A stretch of DNA of 64,000 nucleotides from an uncultured Acidobacteriota bacterium. GTDB lineage: Bacteria > Acidobacteriota > Thermoanaerobaculia > Gp7-AA8. Below the pieces are notes generated by a model. The model did no database searches and had not been told where the DNA came from. It was given only the letters and a program-made list of their open reading frames with translations. The position numbers and the translations under genes are program-made. This document shows positions 17,734-26,276 of this stretch, piece by piece; the first letter of the stretch is position 1, and every line of letters begins with the position of its first letter. The stretch lies in NCBI GenBank assembly GCA_963741955.1, contig CAVUKB010000001.1:416001-480000 (forward strand). Direction: 5' to 3'.

Positions 17734-19227
17734 ATGAGCTCCCCACGATCGCGCTCCGTACTGCTCGCTTCGGTACTGATGCTTTTTGTGTCTGCATACC
17801 CGTCTCCCGGCACGGCGGCCGGTGCTCAGGAGCAGACACTGCCGTGTCCCCCCGAGAGCCATCCGGTTCCTTCCCCGGCTCCGGCTCCTCCTCCGGCTCC
17901 CGCAGACCAGCGCCCTCCGCAGCCCTGCACTCCGACGCCACCTGCAGAATCAAACTCCCCCACTCCAGCCGCGGGGGCTCAGCCCTCCGCTCTTCCGCCG
18001 CCCTCGGAACCGGCTCAACTGGAGGGGACTCCCACCGCGGCACCCGAGGCGCCGCAGACCTCCCCCGCGTCTCCTCCGCCTGCGGCCGACGACACCCTCG
18101 CTCCGGTTCGTGAAGAGAAGGATCAGTTCCCGAACCTGAACCTCTATCTGCCGGAAGGCGAAGTCAACCTCCGGGTGCAGAAGCTGATCAAGAACGTTCT
18201 CTTCGAGAGCCAGGTCAATTACAAGTTCGTCGACGGGAGCATCTCGACGTTCCTCCGTTACAAGTACTACGCACGGAATTTCACCTACAAGATCGGCGTG
18301 TTCGATACGATCGATTTTCCCTCGATCGAGCGGGGAAGCCGGAACTTCGATCGAGTCCGCGGGGGCCTCCTTCTGTTCGAGCTGCCGCGCGACTTCAACA
18401 ACCGCTACTACCTCCTCATCCAGCTCGATGGACTCTCGTTCGGCGACGTCGACAATCCCGACAACAACAAGAGCAATCTCTACACGAAACTCGGATATCA
18501 GTACGGAACTCCCTTCGACGAGCGGCTCAACGGCATCGCCGGTGAGACCCGCGGCCGGATAACCCCCGTCCTCACCGCCTACCGTGATATCGGTCCCCAG
18601 AAGCTCGGGCTGGCCGTCGGGATCACGGAAGGACTGAATTCGGTCGGCGGCGATTATCACTACACGAAGCTCGAAGTGGAGGGACTCAAGCGCTTCGATT
18701 TTCGTCCGCTCTCGTCGTTTCTCGTCAGCAGACTTCACTTCGGGACGATGTTGCAGAAGGATCGCGTGCTGCACCCGCCACCCACCGGCGACGGAACCAC
18801 CACGCCGATGCTCGAGTTCTCCGATTTCTCGGTGCCGAGATACGAGGATTTCAAACTCGGGGGGAGAGAGGCGATGAAGGGGGTGAACGACAGGTTCCGA
18901 GGCAGCGACGAAGTTCACCTGAGCGACGAATACTTCGTCCCGCTGTTCCGCGACGTCGACCATCGATTTCTCGGCGCGCACTGGAACGATCTGTATGGCA
19001 TTCTCTACAACGGCGTCGGCACGGTCGGTTTCACGCGCAGTCCACTGCGGCCGACCAGAGACTCGGAGTTCGGGAAGATCGTAGTCGACGGGGGCGTCGG
19101 ATTCGAAGCGGGTCTGACCATTCGCGACTATCAGGTCCTTCTCAGCGCGGTTTACGCGCGCACCATCACCGCGCCTCTCGCCTTCCAGGGAGACCAGTTT
19201 CGCCTTTCGGTGCGCACCGTCCACTGA
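17734..19227 (+). CDS. Secreted protein with Pro-rich N-terminus and probable Omp85-like beta-barrel
   Basis: Signal peptide; ~100 aa Pro/Ala-rich linker; alternating beta-strand pattern; FKLGGREAMKG resembles the Omp85 L6 loop; DGGVGFE. Confidence 0.62.
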   Translation: MSSPRSRSVLLASVLMLFVSAYPSPGTAAGAQEQTLPCPPESHPVPSPAPAPPPAPADQRPPQPCTPTPPAESNSPTPAAGAQPSALPPPSEPAQLEGTPTAAPEAPQTSPASPPPAADDTLAPVREEKDQFPNLNLYLPEGEVNLRVQKLIKNVLFESQVNYKFVDGSISTFLRYKYYARNFTYKIGVFDTIDFPSIERGSRNFDRVRGGLLLFELPRDFNNRYYLLIQLDGLSFGDVDNPDNNKSNLYTKLGYQYGTPFDERLNGIAGETRGRITPVLTAYRDIGPQKLGLAVGITEGLNSVGGDYHYTKLEVEGLKRFDFRPLSSFLVSRLHFGTMLQKDRVLHPPPTGDGTTTPMLEFSDFSVPRYEDFKLGGREAMKGVNDRFRGSDEVHLSDEYFVPLFRDVDHRFLGAHWNDLYGILYNGVGTVGFTRSPLRPTRDSEFGKIVVDGGVGFEAGLTIRDYQVLLSAVYARTITAPLAFQGDQFRLSVRTVH

Positions 19228-19257
19228 GACGCGGACAGCTGAGACACGGACGCTGCA

Positions 19258-19752
19258 CTACATCGTGAGATCGAATGTCGCACCGCGGACGCCGTCGACT
19301 CTTCGCACGATGTTGCGTGCGACCTCACGCTGCATGTCGTAGCGGACGTTTCCGGTGACGCTGATCCACCCGTTTCGCGAATCGACCCGGAACTGACATC
19401 CGGCGAGCGAGCGCGATAGATAGAGGGCACGCTCGACGGTCCGCTCGAGTGCCGCGTCGTCGATCGGGGGCACCACGCGGATCATGTTCGCGACTCGTCG
19501 GATGCCCAGACTCTTCAGTACCGAATCCGCTCGCCGGAGCGTCTCCGCATCGGGGACTCGCCCGCGTACGATCACCACTCCGTCCATGCGGACGACACTC
19601 AGCTGTCCGACCGCCACTCCCGCTCGGGCAAGACCGCTGGCGATGATTTCCCCGGTCGGCGAAGCCGCGCGCAGTGGGCCCGGCGAGAGAATGAGAATTG
19701 ATGAGAGCAGCGCGATCCAGATCGCGACGCTTTTGATTGAGCTCGTATTCAT
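19258..19752 (-). CDS. Dual BON-domain periplasmic protein (OsmY/DolP-like)
   Basis: Signal peptide; DGVVIVRGRV and DDAALERTVERAL...NGWISVTGNV...VDGVRGA BON repeats. Confidence 0.85.
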   Translation of the reverse strand: MNTSSIKSVAIWIALLSSILILSPGPLRAASPTGEIIASGLARAGVAVGQLSVVRMDGVVIVRGRVPDAETLRRADSVLKSLGIRRVANMIRVVPPIDDAALERTVERALYLSRSLAGCQFRVDSRNGWISVTGNVRYDMQREVARNIVRRVDGVRGATFDLTM

Positions 19753-19765
19753 ACCGTATAGAAGA

Positions 19766-19781
19766 CTCAATCCTCGTGCCA
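19766..19781 (-). promoter_or_regulatory. Sigma54-type promoter of the BON gene
   Basis: Minus strand TGGCAC-GAGGA-TTGAG. Confidence 0.5.
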
Positions 19782-19783
19782 TG

Positions 19784-19810
19784 AAAAAGGCGGCGCAAGC
19801 GCCGCCTTTT
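19784..19810. terminator. Bidirectional-type intrinsic terminator downstream of the eRF1-like gene
   Basis: AAAAAGGCGGCGC-AA-GCGCCGCCTTTT. Confidence 0.85.
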
Positions 19811-19836
19811 CAGTAGTTTGCAGGCAGGACCGATAA

Positions 19837-20964
19837 TCAGAACCTGAGAATCGCTCCCACTCCGTCATGCCGGTCCAGCACGGTACCGGCCGGAGCGAAC
19901 GTGACCTCGCCATCCTCGAGCATTGCGGCCGAGATGAACTCCTCGATCAGATCGACCGTCACCACCTGTTCGCCGCAGACCGGGCAGCCGAGGGACATCG
20001 TATGCCCGACGATGCCGCACTTCGGACAGCGCCAGCCTCGCGTCTCGGTTCCCCGGGCCACGAACAGCTCCTCGAGCTTCCGCTGGTTGACCGCGTCGGC
20101 GACACGGCTGATCCCGAACGCACCGCGCCCGTTTCCGCGAGCGTGATTCTCCAGCTCATCCAGCCGCTGGCTGAGAGCTCCGGCCGCACGGTTCCGGATC
20201 AGCGCGTTGCATTCCGAGATGACTTCGGTGATGGTCGCGTTCATGTCCAGACGCAGTGTTCCGAAGATCGACGACTCCACCCGCTTCGGCAGGAAGCTCC
20301 GGAAGTTCGCGACGTTTCGCTCCTGACCCGACAGGATCACTCCACGAACCCGATCCTGTTCACAGATCCGGGTGAGAATCTCTGCGACCTCTTTCTGGTG
20401 CCGGTCGACGTGATCCTGAAAATGCTCCTGCACATGCGCGGCGTTCGCATACTGAGCGCTTCCGCGCGGCTTCTTTCCGCGGGGAAGATCCGGATGCTCC
20501 AGATCGATTTCCCAGAGGATTCGTGCAAGCTCCAGCTCGAACAGCCGGGCGGACTTCGCGTCGATCATCGCCACCGCGATCGGGGGATGATCCTCCTGCA
20601 ACTCGACCAGCTGCCGCAGATGTGGCCGGCTCCCGATGAAGAGACTCGGAGTGACCTGCACGGGCAACTGCAGCGGCAGGAAGAAGTCGCCGTTCGGACC
20701 GTAGAACATTGCTACTCCTCGGGTGCCCGGCTCGAGCTCGCTGTGAAAATACTCTTCGATGCGGCGGATCCCTTTCTCGATCCCACCGTCACCTCCTGCT
20801 TCTGCTCCGAGCGCGTCGCGGATCTTCTGAATCTCGTGTTTGATGAAGAGGCGGATCCGGTCACGCTGTGATTCGTCGTTGCGTTGTGTATCGATGTAGA
20901 GACTCAGAAAGGGACCCTCGGTTTCCTTTCGGTCCGCGAGCTGCCTGATCTGATTCTCGAGCAT
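19837..20964 (-). CDS. Bacterial archaeo-eukaryotic release factor homologue (baeRF10-like) with C-terminal Zn ribbon
   Basis: FLSLYID N-terminus, RGVAMFY, GSRPHLRQL, AMIDAKSARLF, CPKC...CPVC, DGVGAILRF C-terminus typical of eRF1 domain 3. Confidence 0.82.
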   Translation of the reverse strand: MLENQIRQLADRKETEGPFLSLYIDTQRNDESQRDRIRLFIKHEIQKIRDALGAEAGGDGGIEKGIRRIEEYFHSELEPGTRGVAMFYGPNGDFFLPLQLPVQVTPSLFIGSRPHLRQLVELQEDHPPIAVAMIDAKSARLFELELARILWEIDLEHPDLPRGKKPRGSAQYANAAHVQEHFQDHVDRHQKEVAEILTRICEQDRVRGVILSGQERNVANFRSFLPKRVESSIFGTLRLDMNATITEVISECNALIRNRAAGALSQRLDELENHARGNGRGAFGISRVADAVNQRKLEELFVARGTETRGWRCPKCGIVGHTMSLGCPVCGEQVVTVDLIEEFISAAMLEDGEVTFAPAGTVLDRHDGVGAILRF

Positions 20965-20980
20965 GAAAACCTCCTCTCCG

Positions 20981-21133
20981 CTAGATTCGGACTGTACCTG
21001 TGGCGAGTGCATTGCGTTCTGCAAGCGCGTAGCTGTTTTCGCTTTTTCGGTGGTTCTGGACGGCCCAGACGAGGATGACCAGCACGACGAGGAGAATTCC
21101 GATTGCCACGAGGGCTGCAATTCGTCGGAGCAT
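20981..21133 (-). CDS. Small single-pass membrane protein
   Basis: 50 aa with a strong TM segment; lies between a sigma54 motif and the baeRF gene. Confidence 0.55.
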   Translation of the reverse strand: MLRRIAALVAIGILLVVLVILVWAVQNHRKSENSYALAERNALATGTVRI

Positions 21134-21155
21134 GTCGAGTGCTGGTGATTTTCGA

Positions 21156-21171
21156 AGCAACGGAGATGCCA
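21156..21171 (-). promoter_or_regulatory. Sigma54-type promoter of the small protein/baeRF unit
   Basis: Minus strand TGGCAT-CTCCG-TTGCT, near-perfect consensus. Confidence 0.7.
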
Positions 21172-21425
21172 CGATCCGTTCGACCTCTCTTCAATCTACG
21201 GCCTCGGAGCGCATCTGAAAAGGGACCGTTGGATATAAATTCGAAGATGTCGGTGGGGAGCCTCGGCGGCGGAAATCCTTGTTTCTCGCGGATCGAGACC
21301 TGCGGAAGAAAGGGAGGTGGCGATGGCCTCGCTCCACGGTCCGTGGAGTCATTCCGTCTCGTGAGAGAATGGAAGGGAGCGGAGCGGTGGTTGTCCCGTT
21401 CCCGGAAGAAAAGTCCGGTCTGTCG

Positions 21426-23228
21426 ATGATGGAGAGCTCGATCGCAGGAACCTCGCGTATTCACGTCCTCGGTGGCGATCTGGTCAATCAGATTGCCGCC
21501 GGTGAGGTCGTGGAGCGTCCGGCGTCCGTGGTCAAGGAACTGGTCGAAAACGCGATCGACGCCGGCGCCGGCATGGTCGACGTCGAGCTCGAGAATGGTG
21601 GGAAGCGGCTGATCCAGATCAGCGACGACGGATGCGGGATGTCATCGGCTGACGCGGCGCTCGCACTCGAACGCCACGCGACCTCGAAGATCGCGCGCTT
21701 CGAGGATCTCCTTTCGGTCGGGACGCTCGGATTCCGGGGCGAAGCGCTCCCATCCATCGCCAGCGTTTCCCGATTCCGACTCGTGACGTGGGACGGACTC
21801 GAGCCGCATGGAGTGGAGATCGACTGCGACACCGGCCGGCCCGAGAGCCGTCCTGCGGCGCGAGACCGCGGCACGACCATCACCGTGCGCGAGCTTTTCG
21901 AGAATGTCCCCGCTCGAAGGAAGTTCCTCAAGAGCGTCGATTCCGAATACCGGGCCATCATCTCGGTCGTCACCTCGTACGCTCTTCCCGCGCCCGATCG
22001 TGCATTCAGGGTCACTCACAACGGGCGGGTCGTTCTGGATCTCCCGGCCGCCGTCACAGCGAGCGAACGAGTCGCACAGATTCTCGGCAGGGACGCGGTT
22101 GAACACCTCGTTCCGATCGATACGACGATCGACGGCTGTCGCGCGAGCGGGTTCGTCACCCGCGGTCTCCGGTACGGAAGCCGGCGCAATCAGTTCTTTT
22201 TCGTCAACGGCCGTCTGGTCAAAGACCGTGTCCTGATGCACGCCGTGACCCGAGCGGTCTCGGCGTTCGATGCGGACGGTCATCCGGCGGTGGTCCTCTT
22301 CCTCTCGCTCGATCCGGATCAGGTCGACGTGAACGTCCACCCTGCGAAAACCGAAGTTCGCTTCCGGAACTCGGGCCTGGTCCACGTGGTGATCGAACAA
22401 TCGGTCAAACGGGCCCTCGGCGGAGCCGAGGAAGGGAAACGCCTCCTTCAACGACCCGAGGCCGGTGCGTCCTTTCCGGAGCGGGAGATCATCCACGACA
22501 GGAACGGGAATGCGATCTCTCCGGCCGGCCTTTTCCCGCCGACGCTCTCCGCAGAGATCCGGACGTCCGCGACGCCGCCGCTCGAGTTGACTCCCCTCTT
22601 TCGGAGGGGCCCCGTCGTACAACCCCCGCGGGAAGAAGCGCCCGTGGATCTCGGTGACCTGCAGGGGAAGGTCATCGGGCAGTACCGATTCAGCTACATC
22701 CTGATCGACATGCCCGGCGGGCTGCGTCTGGTCGACCAGCACGTGGCGCATGAACGAGTGCTGTACGATCGCATCGCAGCGAGGATGAAGGAGGCCATCG
22801 ATTCGCAAACTCTCCTGACCCCGTTCCTGTACGAGACGGGAGCGGCGGAAGCGGGAATCCTCGACTCCCATCTCGAAGAGCTCCGCGCGATCGGTTTCGA
22901 GATCGAGCGTTTTTCCGGCAACAGTTTTGCGGTCTCGTCGATCCCCGTGATTCTCGGACGCGAGACGGTTGCCTCGTTCATCCGCAAGCTGATCGATGCT
23001 TCGATGGACGAACGTCTCTCCCACGTGGCGCACATTCGAGAACGGGTGATCGCGAGTCTCGCCTGTCAGGCGGCGATCAAAGTTCACCGGCCGCTCGGAG
23101 GAACCGAGATGTCGAAGCTGGTGGAAGAGCTTCTCGCATCCTCCAATCCCTACGCCTGTCCCCACGGCCGGCCGATCATCGTCGACATCCGTCATCCGGA
23201 TATCGAGAAACATTTTCATCGGGTGTGA
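21426..23228 (+). CDS. mutL: DNA mismatch repair endonuclease MutL
   Basis: NQIAAGEVVERPASVVKELVENAIDAG, GFRGEALPSI, DVNVHPAK, DQHVAHERVLYD, ACQAAIK, CPHGRP. Confidence 0.97.
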   Translation: MMESSIAGTSRIHVLGGDLVNQIAAGEVVERPASVVKELVENAIDAGAGMVDVELENGGKRLIQISDDGCGMSSADAALALERHATSKIARFEDLLSVGTLGFRGEALPSIASVSRFRLVTWDGLEPHGVEIDCDTGRPESRPAARDRGTTITVRELFENVPARRKFLKSVDSEYRAIISVVTSYALPAPDRAFRVTHNGRVVLDLPAAVTASERVAQILGRDAVEHLVPIDTTIDGCRASGFVTRGLRYGSRRNQFFFVNGRLVKDRVLMHAVTRAVSAFDADGHPAVVLFLSLDPDQVDVNVHPAKTEVRFRNSGLVHVVIEQSVKRALGGAEEGKRLLQRPEAGASFPEREIIHDRNGNAISPAGLFPPTLSAEIRTSATPPLELTPLFRRGPVVQPPREEAPVDLGDLQGKVIGQYRFSYILIDMPGGLRLVDQHVAHERVLYDRIAARMKEAIDSQTLLTPFLYETGAAEAGILDSHLEELRAIGFEIERFSGNSFAVSSIPVILGRETVASFIRKLIDASMDERLSHVAHIRERVIASLACQAAIKVHRPLGGTEMSKLVEELLASSNPYACPHGRPIIVDIRHPDIEKHFHRV

Positions 23229-23659
23229 GACCGTTTCGCGCACTCCTTCGCCTGTTGCCGGTCCGGACGTGGACCGCGCCTCTGCTCGGTCGCGCGGGAG
23301 AGCGCCGCGCCGCGTGGTATTACCGGATCCGCGGCTTCCGGGTCGTCGAACGAAATGCCCGAGTGGGGGAGGGTGAGATCGATCTCATTCTCCGGCGGCG
23401 CCGGCTCTGGGTCTTCGCAGAGGTGAAGAGCCGCCAGGGCGAGAGCTCACGAGAGCCGTGGGAGGCGGTGGACCGCGCCAAACAGCTGCAGGTCATGAAG
23501 CTGGCTGATCGTTGGCTGCGGGCCCGGAAAACGGAACCGCTCGTGGTGCGATTCGACGTGGTCTCCCTCCGCTGGAACGGATGGAGATTCGAGATGAAGG
23601 TATTCGAGGATGCATTCCGTCCTCTTGCAGACCCTCGGGCTCCGTGGCGCTGGAAGTGA
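23225..23659 (+). CDS. yraN: YraN family (UPF0102) nuclease
   Basis: GRAGERRA, VVERN, GEIDLI, FAEVKSR, RFDVV. Confidence 0.9.
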   Translation: MRPFRALLRLLPVRTWTAPLLGRAGERRAAWYYRIRGFRVVERNARVGEGEIDLILRRRRLWVFAEVKSRQGESSREPWEAVDRAKQLQVMKLADRWLRARKTEPLVVRFDVVSLRWNGWRFEMKVFEDAFRPLADPRAPWRWK

Positions 23660-23766
23660 CTCTCCGTCACGCATGGCTGTGACTCGGGGGGTGCAAAGCA
23701 CTCCTGTTCCGCCCTACATTGAATTTGGGGACATCGCTGGCCGAACGGGCCAGGGACAGGTGAATC

Positions 23767-24210
23767 ATGAAGACCAGAGAGGTCATGACCCCATATCCAA
23801 CCTGCTGCCGTCCGGACGCCACGCTCGACGACGTCGCGCGGCTGATGGTCGAGAACAACTGCGGCGAAATTCCGATCTGTGAAGAGGGTCGGGTCGTGGG
23901 TGTCGTCACCGACCGGGACATCGTCTGCCGCGTCGTCGCGTGCGGAAAGAACCCCGCAGAAGTCGAAGCGAGAGGCTGTATGAGCTCCCCCGCCGCAACG
24001 ATCGGCGAGCAGGAGCCGCTCGAGAAGGCGATCGGCATCATGCAGGATCTCCGGATCCGGCGGCTTCCGGTGGTGGACAGTTCGGAGAAGATCGTAGGGA
24101 TCGTTTCGCTTTCCGACGTCGCCGAACGGATCGGCGAACGGGAAGTCGGACAGATCGTGTACGAGATCACGCACCAGTTGCATCGGAAGGAGCCGTCGCC
24201 AGTCGGATGA
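23767..24210 (+). CDS. CBS-domain pair protein
   Basis: REVMT, VGVVTDRDIVCR, IRRLPVVD, VGIVSLSD. Confidence 0.92.
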   Translation: MKTREVMTPYPTCCRPDATLDDVARLMVENNCGEIPICEEGRVVGVVTDRDIVCRVVACGKNPAEVEARGCMSSPAATIGEQEPLEKAIGIMQDLRIRRLPVVDSSEKIVGIVSLSDVAERIGEREVGQIVYEITHQLHRKEPSPVG

Positions 24211-24243
24211 ACGACGAGGCGGGCGGCAACCGGAAGGTGAGCC

Positions 24244-24678
24244 ATGAAGAAGGACGACCGATTGATTCGATGGGCAGAGCGTGAAGTGAAGGATGAGAAT
24301 CGCAACGGAATCGACGACGAACTCGAGCCGCCGGAGCCGTCATCCGGAACGAGGGGACGGCTGCAGCTGGGGAGATCCGACGGGGAGCCGCTGACCGGGG
24401 GAGACCCCGACGCGGACTGGGGAGAGGCCGAATCGAGCGGAGAGGAGACGGTGGGAAGCGGGTCGGTGAGTCCGGAGCTCAATGACGTCGAACAGATCGG
24501 AGTGGCTGCGGGAGTCCGCTATTCGGAAGGAGAGATGCTTCGGCCCGGAGAGAAGGAAGAAGATCGCGATCACCGCCGTTGGGAGCTCGATCCTGCTTCG
24601 AGCGAAGATTACGCCGAGCGGCTTCACGAGCATGCAGTCAGCTCGAAAGTACGCAAGTCGCATTTCACCGGAGAGTGA
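24244..24678 (+). CDS. Acidic hypothetical protein (DUF6335-like)
   Basis: LTGGDPDADW...GEETVG...VEQIGVAAGV...RDHRRWELDPASSED. Confidence 0.75.
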   Translation: MKKDDRLIRWAEREVKDENRNGIDDELEPPEPSSGTRGRLQLGRSDGEPLTGGDPDADWGEAESSGEETVGSGSVSPELNDVEQIGVAAGVRYSEGEMLRPGEKEEDRDHRRWELDPASSEDYAERLHEHAVSSKVRKSHFTGE

Positions 24679-24688
24679 AGCGCAAACG

Positions 24689-24713
24689 AAAAGGGACCGC
24701 GGATGCGGTCCCT
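24689..24713 (-). terminator. Intrinsic terminator downstream of tRNA-Gly
   Basis: Minus strand AGGGACCGC-ATCC-GCGGTCCCTTTT. Confidence 0.75.
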
Positions 24714-24727
24714 CGATCGTTGTCGGA

Positions 24728-24803
<76 letters not shown>

Positions 24804-24837
24804 GAACTTCTGCGACGGCACGGCTCGCAGGGCGCGT

Positions 24838-24866
24838 AATGTAATCGAGCCGCACCGAGCTGTCAA
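24838..24866 (-). promoter_or_regulatory. Sigma70 promoter of tRNA-Gly
   Basis: TTGACA-17 nt-TACATT on the minus strand. Confidence 0.8.
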
Positions 24867-24917
24867 GCGCTGGAAACGGCCCCCGGTCGGGCTCTATTCC
24901 GGCCCCGGCGCTCTCTC

Positions 24918-26276
24918 TCACCCGCCCCGGATCCCGTACGCGTTGAGTTTCCGATAGAGGTTCGACCGCTCGACGCCGAGGGCTTCCGCCGTCCGGCTGA
25001 CATTGCCGCCGAGCTCCTGGAGTTTGCGGAGAATGTAGCGGCGCTCGAACTCTTCGCGAGCCTCCCGGAGCGTCAGACCGGAAGGAATCTCTCTGGCGGC
25101 AACGTGCGACTTTCCGAGCTGCAGATCGGCGGGCTCGATCACGTCTCCTTCGACCAGGATAGTCAGCCGCTCCATCAGGTTCCGCAGCTCGCGAACGTTT
25201 CCGGGCCAGGGATGAGAGCGGAGCGCATGCACTCCCATCGTGGAGATGCGCTTCGGTTTCCGGCCCGTCTCCGCGGCGAATCGCCGCAGAAAGTGTTCTG
25301 CGAGCAGCACCACGTCGTCGCCGCGGTCACGCAGTGGGGGAACTGCGATCGGGATCACGTTCAGCCGGAAGTAGAGGTCTTCCCGGAAGGCGCCCTTCTC
25401 GATCTCTTCCTGCAGCTCTTTGTTCGTCGCTGCGATCACCCGCGTGTCGACGGCGATACTCTGCTGTCCGCCCACCTTCTGGAACATCTGCTCCTGCAGT
25501 ACGCGGAGGAGCTTGGCCTGAGTGCGAAGGCTCATGTCGCCGACCTCGTCGAGGAAGAGGGTGCCGCCGTCCGCGAGCTCGAACTTTCCCTTTCGGTCGT
25601 CGATCGCGCCGGTGAAGGCGCCTTTCCGGTGTCCGAAAAGTTCCGATTCGATGAGCTCCTCCGGGATCGCGGCGCAGTTGACGTCGACGAACGAGCTCTC
25701 CGCGCGCGGCGACTGACGATGGAGAGTGCGTGCGACGATCTCCTTTCCGCTGCCGTTCTCGCCGGTGATCAGCACCCGGCTGTTGGAAGCGCCGGCGCTG
25801 CGGATCTGATTGAGCAGCCGCTGCATCGCGTCGCTCTCTCCGATCAGAAGCTCGTCGACGGTGACCTGCCGGCGAAGATCGCGTATCTGCTGCGTCAGCC
25901 GGTGGTTCGAGAGCGCGTGATTCACGGTGAGGAGGACGCGATCGAGTGAGAGCGGCTTCTCGAGAAAATCGAATGCGCCGAGCCGCGTCGCGCGAACCGC
26001 CGTTTCGATGTTTCCGTGCCCCGAGACGACGATGACCGGCACGGCGAGTCCCGCGGATTTGATGCGCTCGAGAAGTCCGAGACCGTCCATACCCGGAAGC
26101 CATACGTCGAGAAGGATCAGGTCGAAGTCCTCACGGCCGATCCGGGTCAGCCCTTCCTCGGCACTCTCGCAGAGGACGGGCGTATGTCCCTCGTCTTCCA
26201 GGATGCCGGCCAGAGTGGAGCGGATCGACGGTTCGTCGTCGACTACGAGAATTCTTGCCACGGGACTCCTCGTCAT
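24918..26276 (-). CDS. ntrX: Sigma54-dependent response regulator, NtrX/NtrC family
   Basis: Receiver domain (VVDDE, LLDVW), [21 protein letters not shown], Fis HTH. Confidence 0.88.
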   Translation of the reverse strand: MTRSPVARILVVDDEPSIRSTLAGILEDEGHTPVLCESAEEGLTRIGREDFDLILLDVWLPGMDGLGLLERIKSAGLAVPVIVVSGHGNIETAVRATRLGAFDFLEKPLSLDRVLLTVNHALSNHRLTQQIRDLRRQVTVDELLIGESDAMQRLLNQIRSAGASNSRVLITGENGSGKEIVARTLHRQSPRAESSFVDVNCAAIPEELIESELFGHRKGAFTGAIDDRKGKFELADGGTLFLDEVGDMSLRTQAKLLRVLQEQMFQKVGGQQSIAVDTRVIAATNKELQEEIEKGAFREDLYFRLNVIPIAVPPLRDRGDDVVLLAEHFLRRFAAETGRKPKRISTMGVHALRSHPWPGNVRELRNLMERLTILVEGDVIEPADLQLGKSHVAAREIPSGLTLREAREEFERRYILRKLQELGGNVSRTAEALGVERSNLYRKLNAYGIRGG

